NCBI GenBank assembly: GCA_036172245.1
Contig: JAYWIR010000009.1
Span: 3,844,001-3,908,000, forward strand
DNA length: 64,000 nt
Direction: 5' to 3'
Source: Raillietiella orientalis
Lineage: Eukaryota
This document shows, piece after piece, positions 37,880 through 50,300 of this stretch; within the stretch, counting starts at the first letter, position 1; each line of letters begins with the position of its first letter. A program made the position numbers and the translations under genes. The notes beneath the pieces are model-generated. The model saw nothing but the letters and a program-made list of their open reading frames with translations. It searched no databases and had not been told where the DNA came from.

Positions 37880-38856
37880 TTTTCACACGGATTTCGCCGG
37901 GTCGTTTATTTAAAATAAACTTTACAAAGAAAAGATGTCAGCGGCTGCAGCAATGCTCCAGCCACGCACTAAGAACCACGAAGCCTGCCTTTTCACCGTT
38001 TCGCAGACCGCTACGGTCCACCAAGGCAGCAGGGGGAAGGGGAAAACAAAAAACTAAACAAAAAGAAAAAAAAAAAGTGTGGGAGGGTACTGGAAGGGAT
38101 CACTGTTGCTGCTGGGGCCGTATCATCCTTCTCAGGATGCCGGCAAGCTCTTCTTGCATTCGCGGATCCAGGTGGGGCCATCGCGACGCCCTCCTAAGGA
38201 ATTGGGCGGCGCCCTGGATGACATCCTTATCGCTTGGTCCTCCCGTCGCCGTGCTCCATGCGGCGACGATCCCGCGAAGGCAGAAGAAGGCTGCTATCGA
38301 GGCCGCTGGCCGAAGGGCTTCGGCTACGAAGAGGGCTTTCATTGCGTCCCTGGGGTTACCGCAGGGGATACCGATGGCCGCGGCAAAGCGGAACCAAAGG
38401 GGCCGAAGGACAACAAAATCCACTAGGAGGTGGGGGAGGGACTCCCGTTCCCCATACCTTACACAATTGGGGTCCACCGCTCCCCAGGTCCAGTGGTGTC
38501 GGCGGGCGTTGCAGGGGAGTCCCCAATGCTGCAAAAGTAGAGCCGGCTCCTGCCATTTTAAGGGGAGGGTGGAAGTGTTCATGAGAACCGGGGGCCACTT
38601 CAGATGTTCAATCGGAACATCGAGCAGCGCACCCCAGCGCAGAAGTCCATTGGGAGGCGTACTCGGGGTCGCAGCGTCGATTAACTGGTCCGTCTTCCAC
38701 TCTCCCTGCTTCTCCTTTCCGGAGATTATCATGTTAACCTCCCACTTCGCCGCAACATCGCTGTCCTGATCTTCTACTAGGGAGGCCAGCGCAGCAGCGA
38801 GGGGGGTTCTTCCTGCCCACGCTCTCTTCTTCGGATCCTCCAGGATCTCTCGGAGC
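37880..38856 (-). mobile_element. Family A copy, 5'-truncated, with 16-bp TSD (1 mismatch)
   Basis: ORF 38100..38975 reads LKWPPVLMNTSTLPLKWQEPALLLQHWGLPCNARRHHWTWGAVDPNCVRYGERESLPHLL. Flanks are GAAACCGGTATCTTGA (37864-37879) and GAAACCGGAATCTTGA (38857-38872). Confidence 0.92.
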
Positions 38857-39169
38857 GAAACCGGAATCTTGAGTGCGGTTTCCGGATGCCCACTGGGGGA
38901 GGAAGGGGGGGGGGTGCTTCTGGCCCTGCCTTGCTCGTTTGCCTCGCGTGCCAGTTGCCTTCCCTCTTCTGGCACCCCTGCGGTTTCGCGGTCGGTCTGT
39001 TCCGAGGGCCATCCGCGGCGGCAGCGAATTCGCCGTTGGCGGCACTACCTGGCAACGGCGCCGCCCCTGCCTGCTGCTGCTTGCCATGGCGCCTTCGGGT
39101 GGAGGTTCCCATCAAAGTGACCTCGCTCTCCCAATGTGGTCGCTTTGTCCCGTGCTCTCTTCCAGAAGG

Positions 39170-42100
39170 ATTGCAAAAAAGGAAGAGAAAAAGAAAAAGG
39201 AAGGGAATGCAACCCGGAATGTCTTTGAGAATTCGGGGTTGTCGGGGTGGGGGTGAGGGGCTAGAGGAAGGACTGAGTTTTTCTTCCACTTGTTTTCCGA
39301 GACTCCTGCAGTCTTCTGTGAACAGCGCACGCTGGGTGGTCCCTGGGATTTCCGGATTTGGGATGAAAGGTGGACGTCGGGGTAGCGTGGAGGGGTCGAG
39401 GCGTGAGAGGGCACCATGGAATGCGCTTTCTTCTGCCCGACTCGCGATGGTGGGAATCCGTTTCAACAATGCCGACAAGGGGAATCGAACAAACAAACGC
39501 GTTCGCCATGGCGACGCCTGCCGGTTCCCTGCGGCCCGCGCGAGGGTGAAGCACCGTCGCGAAGGACGCGCCCTTCGCGATCCTCAAGCAGCTCAGCGGA
39601 GTCCAGGATGGTGCCCTCCCGCACGCACGGATGCTGGATTCCCTTTTCGGGAGTGCTTGCAGGGTGTCCCGGTCCTCCTGACGAGGATGCTGCTCAGGAA
39701 GAACGCCACCTGGGAGCACCCGCACGCTTGGGTTGCAGCGGGGCGCGGCACCGTCTTCTCCTTCCAGTAGCCCTCGCAGCATCTCCAGTTCGGGCCGTTG
39801 GTCCTTTCCGATGGTCTGCCGTTCCACCCTGCCACGGGTGCGGCAGATGCAGAGACGAAGTTCGTACTCGGTGGTACGGCACTGGTCGTCATGGGCGTTC
39901 CCGGTCCAGTACGTACCGGGGTCTCGTACCGCATGGGATGCCTCCATGATGAAACATCAGGAAGAGGTCCTGAACGTTTGGTGGTAACGAAGACCTCCCA
40001 GAGGACCGTCCCGATGGCCTGCGGGCTGACTGCAGCTTCACCGAACCTAACCCGCCAATCCATCTCGCTCAGCGCTGCCGCTGCACTGACACCGTCTAGT
40101 ATCTTTACGTTGCCGGCTCGAACGTCCACCCTGGATCACTGCGCGCCCCGGGCCTGTCCAGAGCTCTCGGGTTCCGTGGGTTACCCACCTTTCCATGGAT
40201 CTCTTGAATGAGAGGACTCGCACTGCGGGGATGACTCCGCTCGCAGTCTCCCATGAAGGGTTTGCTGCATTTGCAGAGCCAGGTTTGCGTTTCCCAGGCG
40301 ACGTTGATGAGCAACGGAGTCACCGTTGGTGAGTTCCTCGAGCCAGAGCACTCGACTTCGAGGGAAGGTCTGCGATTCCAGTTCCTTCGCGGGGGTTCGC
40401 ATCCTCGACCAGGTGGGGTGGACGGCTTTCCATTGCCCGGATTGGTATGGCATCAGACCGCGCTTTCCTTGGACCTCGCGCACGTCCAGTGGAATGCGAA
40501 CGGCCGTTTCGCTCGCTGACGTGTCGTTCCAGCTGCTTCCAGCCAGCCCTACAGCTTCACGGTTCTTCACGCCCTTCTAACACGCCGGTTCCTCCTTTTG
40601 TCCTCGCGCTGCATGGGGTTCTTCATCTTCACCCTTCATCTTCTCCCGCTCCGCACTTGGCTCCCTCGGGTGGTCCCGCTCTGCTCTCTGGTCACCTTCT
40701 CCGGAATTTTCACCAAGGACTCAACGCAGAGAAACTTCGGTGCGACCGCTCCGTTTCAGAGGTTGGTTTCGTCCTCGAAGGCCCCCTCGGACGGGTGGGT
40801 TTCCTCCCTCGTTCTGGCAGGGATGCGCTGCCGCTTCTTCGTCGCCGATGGGTGCTCCCAGGTTCCTCTCCCTGCCGACAACGCGGAATCCATGAGAGTG
40901 GATGGCGGTGACGTCCGGGATTCCCGTGACCAGCAGGAAGGCAGGACTCGTTCGGATTTACTTTCCGTCAAAGTTCACGCTCCACTCGCTGCAAGATGTC
41001 GAGGAACGCCTCTTGAGGCCTCTTGATCCCTCCCGCCCGACACGACGAACAGCAGATCGTGGGCGAAGGCCAGGTGCGTGATGGTCTCTTCTTCCAGAGG
41101 GACTATACCCGAGGGCCAACGTCTCCGTAAAGGTTACGAGAAGCATGGGGCTCAGGGAGTCCCCCTCTTTCCATCCTGATCCTCTCCGTGGCTTGATCTT
41201 TGATGCTCAGTCGGATATTCTCTTCCTCGAGGGTGCGTCCCACGTGCTGAAGGAATTTTCCTTGGAAGCCCAGCTTGCGAATGACTTTCAACAGCCTGCC
41301 GTGGTCCACGGAGTCGAAGGCCTTCCCTACCTCAGCGATTCCCATCACCAAGCTGTTTCCTCCTACTGGGTGCACTTGATGCTATCCCTCGTGCGTCTGA
41401 CAGGAACGGCTCACGCCTGCGCGAAAGCGATCTCCGGGTCCCTGGATCTTTTCAGTCTGTTGGCTTGGATCTTCGCCACCCACTTCGCATTCCGAGCTCG
41501 GGATGGAAAGGGATCTCCACTGGGTGACGGAGTGGAGGTTCCCGCCGCCACTCTTCGGGAACAGCCACACACCACCCTGCTTCGGTGGAAGGAGGTGGAC
41601 AGTTGTCCTTCCCTGGTGATGCAGTCCAGCAGTTGGTGGAACTGGCGGCGCAGGTAGGTGGCCGCGTGCCGCCGCCGATGTGCGTGTCAGGCGCGCTATC
41701 AGGGCGCGCCTCCAGGGCTCCTCGCGCAGTTCCTCAAGAGCCGTCTTGACCTCGTCCGGGGAGTGGTCCAGTTCACCACTCTCTTGGACTCTCCTTCACG
41801 TTGAGGAGAATGAGTCCCTGAGCTCCCGGTTACAGACTTCTCTTGCACCATGATGGAAAGCTTCCAGCACCTCCTCCGAGGTTCGGCAGTCTTGGCCTTC
41901 GTGGTGGACGGAAAAGACGTCGGATTGGTCGTTGCTTTCTTCCAGCCATCCGATATCCTCCTTCGAGCTGCGGTCCAGAAAGCGTCGTCTCTGCTACTCT
42001 TCCCGGTTTGCCCCAAGGGATGTTTCCGGTGAAGCTCCCCGCTTGCCGACGCGGGTGTGCGACAGGAGACTGCCCCCCCACGCAATCTCCTGTCCGCCGT

Positions 42101-43300
42101 ACTGCACGTTTGAAAAGACGTGGATTGAATGCCTCGGGGCGTCCCGGTCGTTCGCGCGCTCGATGGCGGTGGTTGTGGACATTATGATCTCCACAACGCG
42201 TCTGGGAGTGCCGATCGAGACTCCGCGTGCTCCCTCCTGCATCCGGAACTTCAGCAGGGGATGGCCCGAGATCCCGAGAAGCCAAGAGATGGAGACGGAC
42301 GCCATGGAGATCTGATCACCTGATGGAAGAGGTGTCCGACTGCCTCCAGTGGGAGCGACGCATTCGCGTGTCGAGCGGGAGCGCGGCTTTTAGTCCGCGT
42401 ACTCTTGCGCGCACTCGGAGGTTCAACGCTTCGCTTGCCGGCAATTCCTAGCCGACCTGCGCGCGCCTTTGCGGAGATGCTGGTCTTTGCGGGCGGGTGT
42501 GTGCAATCGGCCTAGGTTGGGGTCGGTGAGTGTGACCCACCCCCGAGCTTTTGCAGGAATGCACCGACGACTGCACATGTGCCCCTGTCGGACGGCGGCG
42601 GTCGCCCTGCGAGGCTCTTCGAGTGGACGACGGCGACTTGGTGGTTCGCGAGGGGCACGCGGATGACTCATCCCAAGGCGAAGTCTGGTGCGCCTCGGGT
42701 TGCAGGATGCGTGCACCGTATTTCCTCCCGGTGTGGTCCGTCATCCATGGACAGCGCCATCGCTTTCAAGATGTGCGTGCCACAGGGAGGCTGGAAGGTC
42801 ATGTTGCGCATCACCGCGCCGTCCCGCGTTCCGGAGGATCGATTCCTACAGCGCATCGCGGTTGCCTCGGCTGCGTCTTCTCTTCCCGGGTGCTGAGCGA
42901 ACGTCGAGGGCAGGAAACCGGTCGAGATGCGACCCCGACGACCTTGCATCCATAGTTCACCATCCGTGGATGAAAAAATGAGAACGATCGCACGCTATTG
43001 ACCTGGAGGGGAAGGATTCATCCGAAGCGGGCGGACGTCGCTGGTTGAAGTTTGCGCGCTTCTCCGAGAGAAGACGCACGGGCGCAACGACGCGATCTCC
43101 GATCGAAGGACAAAGAGAGAAGGGAAGGGAAAGGGGAGGGAGGAGGAGACAGAGAAACATGACGGTGGTGCCTCGAGCACCGGAAGAGGACACCTTCTCT
43201 CGCGGTGACCAGCGCTTCAGCTCCTGGGAGTCCTGATTTCCTGAGACGCGACCCCGCGGAACCCACCTTGAAGGTCGGTCACTGCTCCCGCGCGTGGTGC
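39170..43300 (-). mobile_element. Near full-length degenerate family B ORF2 (APE-like, RT, zf-RVT-like)
   Basis: Motifs in order on the minus strand: DHTGRKY, AVVGAF and ISGHPLL (weak APE); WLFPKSGGGNLHSVTQWRSLSI; GKAFDSVDHGRLLKVIRKLGF; RIRMERG..LSPMLL; ITHLAFAHDLLFVV; KVNPNES; LGAPIGD; QDLFLMFHHGGIPC. Many frameshifts. Confidence 0.85.
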
Positions 43301-44605
43301 GACCATGGCGCTCTGCTCCCGACGGTTTCTCGTGACCACAGGGCACCTTTCCCTTTTCCCTGGATTCGTCTGCGTCTGTCAGCGGCACCGCAGCGGGTTT
43401 GGTTTCCACGCTGCGGGCAGTGCTCGTGCTGGTAGCTTCCGCGACGCATCCCAGTCCAGTTGGCGTGTAGTCCCCGGAGCCTCGAAAAGCACGTCCTTCC
43501 CTCCCCTTGAAGGAGTGTCGATTTAAAGACTAGCAACAAGGAACTTTCGGATTGTCCGTTTCCATGGATGCTGCATTCTCGCTCTACTCCGTCGCGCATG
43601 CTGAGTGTTTCGATTGTAGTCTCGCTTGCAAGAAAAGCGGATCTACGCTAAGGAGCGTCACCCGTGGCGACCGCGGTCCGCAGCTTGGGAGCAGGAAACG
43701 CCACAAGAAATGGTTCGTTCTTCGCTGTTGGTGACCCCTCTTCGTTCCAGTGTCTCGACTGCTGTTTTCGCAACGCCCCAGCGTCCATCCGCCGATCACG
43801 ACGGAGCGGTTTCTTCCCGACCTGCGGCATCCCGTCTGCTGATCTTCGCGTTCCTTCGTTCGCCTACACTTGGCGGCGGACCAGGAGCTGGAGGTCCGCT
43901 GACCTCGGAGGTCGGGAAGGGCGCTTTCCGTGCTCCCTGCACTCCCTGCCGGATGCAGCGGCTCCCTCTCGTGCGGGGTGACAGTCGCGAGGGAAGGCTC
44001 CCGCACGCTCACGTTGACCGGCAAAGAGGGATGGGGCGCGCGACGGGAGTCGGCACAGCGAGGTAGGCAGTGAAGCGTCCGCGGTCCATCTGGGCCGTAC
44101 GTGCGCTTCTCGGAGGCGCATCCAAAGCGCGTCTTCTCTCACGCGAAGGCTACACGCTGCTGCCTTCTTCTGCGTGTGCGTCTCTCCCCCCGCTTCCCTT
44201 CTCACGTTCTCGCCGCGGCAGGAGAGGCAGTGCGGAGTGCACGTTGGTCAGCTCCAGACCTGATGGCTCCGCCGCCGATCGCCCCGGATGCCGCACCCTG
44301 CGCATGCGATTTCCGTGTTCTCCCGAAGCGCTCTTCGTGGTCCCATTTCGGACGCCAAGATCACGCCATCTCAACTCAGTCAGCGCGAGAGCTCTGGGCG
44401 TCTTGGAGATCGCGCTCGAGAGAGGGCGTCTCGAGGCGGGGAGGAGAGGATGGGCGGTAGGCGGTCAGGGGCACACGGAATCCCTGCGAAGCGCGCAGCT
44501 GGAAGAGAAGAAAGTGGACGTGAAAACTGGTGCTCCCTTCGGCCGAGCGGCAACGACCGGAAGGAAGTCGGCCATCGAGCAGCAATGGCGTCATCGTCCG
44601 AAAAA

Positions 44606-45003
44606 GCATTCCCTGTAGAGCAACTCGGAGGAATCTTCAGCAACGTGCGCTCGTCGTAAGGGGACGCAGGGATTCACACGTCCCCGCCAGGCAAGTCGAA
44701 CGGGAGCAACGCATGGCGGGAACCTCAGTGATTGCCGGAAGCGGACGTCCAGGTCGGCGGGAGTCGCGGTGGTCGCGGGGCAGAAGGAAGGAAGAATCGA
44801 GATCTTCCGCGGCCGCCTGCCAGGGCGAGTCCTCTAGCGAATCGGATTCCAGGAGGGTCCCTACGGCGAGAGGAAGGAAGTGGAACTTGGTTCCGGTTCG
44901 AGCTGGAACGCGCGCGCACATTCCGCAAGGCGTCCGTCGAGTGCGTGGACGCCTGCGTGCCTCGCCACTGGAAGGGGCGCACCACCCAGCGCGCGCACTG
45001 CGC
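44606..45003 (-). repeat. Inverted repeat arm 1b
   Basis: Reverse complement of 32758-33159. Confidence 0.92.
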
Positions 45004-45460
45004 TACCTGGCTCGAACGTTACGATTTCCGGAATGTGTTTCATGCGAGTCGCCGTCACAGCTGGCTGTGTGCTGAGGTCTCGGATTCAGCCAACAGAGTC
45101 CATCTGCCTGGCAACTCGTCTTGGTGAGAAATGCTGCGAGGAGCCCTCACCTGCAAGAATTTTCCAGGGAGATTGCCAACATGCAGCTTCTGTTTCTGGA
45201 ATGAACGAGTGGCAAAAGCCAAAGAGTACTGTCCTCAGCCTCCTATTCTTTTTTCACCCATTTACTGTGTCCCTTTTCTCCTGTTCTGGTCTTGTTTGGA
45301 AGCTGGCGAGCTGCCCGCCGGTGATCTTTCTCTCTGAAACTTTTTCCTTCTTTTTTTTGTGGTTGCTCTTGTCTTCTGGGAACTCAGTTCCCAGTGACTT
45401 GAGAGTTTATTTATTTTTTGATAAAGCTCCCGGCGTCATCGGGTTAAAACCCGAAGACTG
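45004..45460 (+). mobile_element. Diverged family A 3' fragment
   Basis: Reads AARSPHLQEFSREIANM, then T-tracts and terminal ATAAAGCTCCCGGCGTCATCGGGTTAAAA. Confidence 0.65.
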
Positions 45461-45679
45461 CAGAATAAGGAACTTGTCAACTGGATGTGCGATAAAGAGA
45501 GGAGGCAAGCAAGCGGCAGAAGCACTGCGCGCCTTCGACCTTGCATTCCTCCAGGGGATGCACTAGATTTCCCAGAAGGAAGCTGACGACGGCATCGAAA
45601 GCGGCGCAGGAGGTCCGCTGGCGTTTCGGGTCCCTGGATTCGCCTGGAGCTCCCTCCTTTTAGAAGCAGACTGGGCAGT

Positions 45680-46200
45680 ATGGCGTGTTTGCACGTGGAC
45701 AGTGTGGCACGTTTCCACGTATATGGTGCCCACGGGGCGTTTCCACGTGGACGGTCGGGTGGGATCTCTTCTGAAATCAACGCGATCGAACTCATCGTTA
45801 CAAGCAGCTACGGCAGGCTACGCTACCTCGCCAGGTCGCAGTTTTCCGGTGACCTCGAACGACTGTGGCAACTGCTCCGTGAGCTCCAGCATTGGTTGCC
45901 TGATAGAGGAAGACTTCAGCACCCGCTTGCCATCAGGTGACAAAATGGACGCAGGTGCATCGTGTGCAGGTCAACGAGATATGCGCATCCGTGCATGCGT
46001 GCAACTTAGCCAGCGAACCCGGGATGCCAGAGGTAATCGACCACGTTTTTCTCCACGAGCACCCGCATAACGGGTGGACCGAAGAGACAGAGATCGACCC
46101 CCTCCCCCCCGATCCTTTCAAGATGGTCCCGAAAATGCATCCTCCTGGAAAGGAGAGTCCGAAGAATGCGTTGAGGCTACCGCGGGACTGGCCCAGCCAT
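45680..46200 (+). mobile_element. Degenerate APE-like endonuclease fragment
   Basis: IELIVTSSYG, CLIEEDFS and EVIDHVFL occur in APE motif order across frameshifts. Confidence 0.45.
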
Positions 46201-47332
46201 CAGGAACAGCGAAGCAACTCCACGACTTCCTCAGTGGTTCTGCTATCACCAGGGCTTGACGCACTTCAAGGATTCGGTCCGACAGATTGGTATCTACCTC
46301 GCCTCCTGCATTTACGATTCATGGAGGGTATCGGGAACAACCGTGCTTTTTTTACAGGCACAGTCCCACTCCTGCTTGCCGGAGGGGTTGGTCGAACGCG
46401 CGGCCGGAGCAGAACGACGGGTCTGGCAATCAGGGACGTCCTGTCTCTGGGGACGAGCGAGGCCAGGACTGCTCAGACTTGGCTCACGTACGACGCGAGA
46501 TCAAGTGGTTCGCATGAGCAGGAAGATCCAGTTTCGTGACATCGCTGTTCACACGCATCCCTTGCCCGGCATGAAAGTGGCCTCAGAGAAGACCACATGC
46601 TATCATAGGAGACTGTGGACCGCTAAACGGCAATCTGCACGAGGCGATGTCCTTCCGACGGACAATGCAGGGCAATGGGGTCAAGTAACGCCGTGTGGAC
46701 CGCTCGAAACCCCTCTGTCCTTAAGGCACTGATGACTCGGGATCCCGATGCTCAGTAGCCCTTTCGTGGTTAACGTGCGTCGCTCTTGAAAAGGATCACG
46801 TCAAGTCAGATTCACAGGGAATTCTGTGGCTTTCGTTGATCGCTTTCCCTAGCGAACTGCGGAAGAAAGTCCTCCGATCTACGATTTTGGACGTCCTCCC
46901 ATACGGAAGGGAATTGCAATGTTTTGATTAAAGGAAAAAAAAAACACGTGCTTACATGGGAAGAAAGAAATCTCAAAGGCAAGAAGGAAACGAACGTTCG
47001 TTTTCTGAAAAATTATATATTTATCAAATGTTTCGGACTGTAAACTACATGAGGATTCTGATGGTTCTTTAAATCACAAATTTGCTTTGACAATATGGGT
47101 GAAATGCGTGGGGGGGGGAACAAAAACAAAAGGACTGCAATCCTGTCTGCCCAGCACTGATCACGAGGAGAATTTATACACTGCAAACAAGAACCATACA
47201 AAATATCTCTTTCTAATAAATTCCTTATCCGTGTTTCTATCTGCTGGCGATTCTGAAATACTATGCTTTTCCGACTGGACAACTGCAATTTGAAATGTGG
47301 GTTTAAGTTTGTGGAACGCCATTGGGAATGCC

Positions 47333-50300
47333 TTAGGAATGCTGCTTCAACCTTAAAGACCGTAAGTTTGAGATGCAGATTTCCAAATCGCACGTTGATT
47401 CAAACAGCTTCGTCAGATGCATTTCTTTCTTCAAAAACGATAACAACACCTTGAAACTTGGTCCCGATTTCGCATTCGGAGGATTTTGTGCACACAAGTC
47501 ATCTGAATCACTTGCATCTTGGATTGAACTACGCAACATACTTTCGGAATCTTCAGCATAACTGCCGATGGGCGCAGATACGTTGCTGTCCAAAATAGTC
47601 ATGGTCACACTGGCGGTTGGCAAGCACAGTTCAGAATTCGTTTGAAAATCTACCAATTCAAAAGACTGGATGCTGCTACTATCACTTTCCTTAGGTTCTT
47701 CAATTTCTACAACTTGTTGAGGCAAATTCGGTGGGCTGATGTCGATTGAATTTGTCCCTCCACATTGTTTTAAAACGCTGTTACCTGCGATAAACAGCTT
47801 TCAAAGCGTTGTCAGGATCACAAACCTTACCGAGCTCATAGATTTCCTGGTATAGGAGCTGTTCATCTGCCAACCCAGTAACTGCTTCATACAAAAATTT
47901 CAAGAAACACACGAACTGGCGATGTGACATAGATGGTATTGACGATTTCTCGTGTTCTTTCTTTAGGTGATACTCTACAACAAGATCTCTCAACCTCTTC
48001 TGGTTTTCTAATTGTTTCACATCTTGCTTCAAATGCCCGAAATAATGCACAGCATCTTCAGCAATCTCATCTGTGGATCCATCAGAGTCTTCTTTTTTAG
48101 AATGCACACAGGCTTCCGATATGGAATCAAGACAATCACAAGCATTGGATGTTAAATCCAAAAGATGTAAGCTATAAAAAAGGCACATTCGATCAGCATG
48201 ACCACCTTTGCACAAGATGCTAATGATCTGTGCAATTTCTTTGAAGTTCATCAAACCATTGGGGCTGCAGCACATGAACTGCAAATAATTTAAGTAGAGC
48301 AATATTGGATATTTTGGATACCTGAAAAATGTTGGCACATAGATTGTGGCTATGGGAACTTCTTCCAAAAACACTAAATTTTTCCAAAAGGGAACGAAAC
48401 AAATGCAAATCTACCTTGTACCAATAATAGCATGGTAAGGACAGATTGTTTCTCTCTAGGATTAAGCTTCAGAGAGTCTTTGGTTTCAAGTATACTCACC
48501 GTAGATCTGGCAGCGATTGTGAAGGCTTAATTGTTCATCTTTCACAAAATCAAAGAGAAGCTGGGAAAGGAGGTAGAAAAAACCACTTGAAATTTTGTTT
48601 GTTAAAAATTACAATTGAATGCAAATGTTGACAAAAATAATGCCGAAACATATCAACGTCACGTTCATTTAAATGGAAAATAGTACACTTCATTGATTGC
48701 AAGTCTGTAAATGAAGATTTCATAATTCAACTCTTGAATGCGTTTCTACAAAAAGCTAAGCAAATTACAGACTGGTTACTATCGCATTATAAATTTCTCA
48801 TGACAAAAGTACAGACTATATATACATACTTACCAGTTCGCCAATAATTATAAAAAATAGAAAATCAATAAGCAACCAACTGGTCATGGTTAACATTAAC
48901 CTGGTTATAAATTAATCATAAATCTCCCTGGAATTACAAATAAACAATTATTTGCAGCCATTCTACTGGGCTCACTCTAATTTTCTTTAAAACAACAATC
49001 ATCATGTTGATTTACCCTCCTTTGCATTTCAAAACCTAGCACCAAATACATATACCAGAATTGATAAGCAAATAACGACATTCAAAATATTTATGCAAAA
49101 CTTTGTGTTGAACTTTTTGATTGTGGTATGTGTGCTTGATTCTATGGGAGCACAATGTCCAAACCTATCATACAATTTATCACAAGGATAAAAAATCATT
49201 TTTGCCTCAGATTGATCACTTGAACAGAGTGCCTCATATCCAATATCCTAAAATCACAATGAAATTTGAAACACCACAGCTTCTATAGAGATACTTTGCC
49301 TAAAAAAGTCAAATTTTTTGCACAATAGGATTCGACACATTTGACAAAAAAAATATGAGGCACATCATCAAGAAGATAATAGGGTAAGCCCGACATACTC
49401 AAATGCTATTATTTCTTTCATTCAATGCAACATCAGCCACTGCTAAAGGTCAACGCCTATCTTACTTCTAACATACAGAATATGTCTCGAAAAAAATCAC
49501 GCTTATTTCTAAAATAAGTGCACAACCATCATAAGGCAAATGCAATTGAAGAGGCAATACGCAAATAAAACACCAACCTAATAGTTACAGCAAATTACAC
49601 AATAACGAGAAAACAAAAAAAAAGAAACACAAACATGCAGGAAAATAATTTGGAGATGAATAATGCAAAGGGGAAACCCAAACCGATTTTTCATAAGCAT
49701 TCTTTGTTGTTTTCCTTAGAATTTCTCTGATAATCTCATCATTTATGGGAAAGCCAGCTTTTTGAAATAATATTAATGAATCACTCTTTGGAAAAAAGTT
49801 CTCAGTTTTGAAACAAACCTCCTAGTATGCTCTACACGACTTTTTCTTAATGCATTTATTAACAAGAACAAGCATCAACTCTGAAATCACTGTTCGACTT
49901 TTCAGTGTGTAATCCTTAAGTGTTATGCTAATTAAAAACTATGTAATTTTTTTAATAATTTAACGATTATAAATAAAGACAAGAATAATGACATAAAAGC
50001 GTTAAGAAAAATAAATACGTAAGCATCAGTCTGCAATTTGATAACCAGTTATTTACTTCTACATGAAAAATTACTCTTAATTGCTGCTGTTGCAGAAACA
50101 AGTTTGCACAAGCATCTACAGACTTTATGAAATACTAATTTAATTCACGGTTCAATTGAATAAAAACTTTTACATTCAGCTCCTCCTGTGTAAGCAGGCA
50201 ATGTTCAAGAATACTGCGGGTGACATTTTTTCTTGTATTATCTTCCAAAGATTGCACAACAATTAGCCGATTTCGGAGCCTCCGCCTATCAATGTCCTCT

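Noticed and set aside
2015..45460. Repeated diverged cassettes plus RT as a diversity-generating retroelement or antigenic-variation array
   Set aside because: Copies show 5' truncation, TSDs and random decay typical of LINE insertion. No adenine-specific template/variable pair was seen, and the context is eukaryotic.
1..46900. Hundreds of overlapping 60-340 aa ORFs as real genes
   Set aside because: Expected in GC-rich DNA with alternative start codons. They are Arg/Ser/Pro-rich, and the only recognisable parts are frameshifted retroelement motifs.
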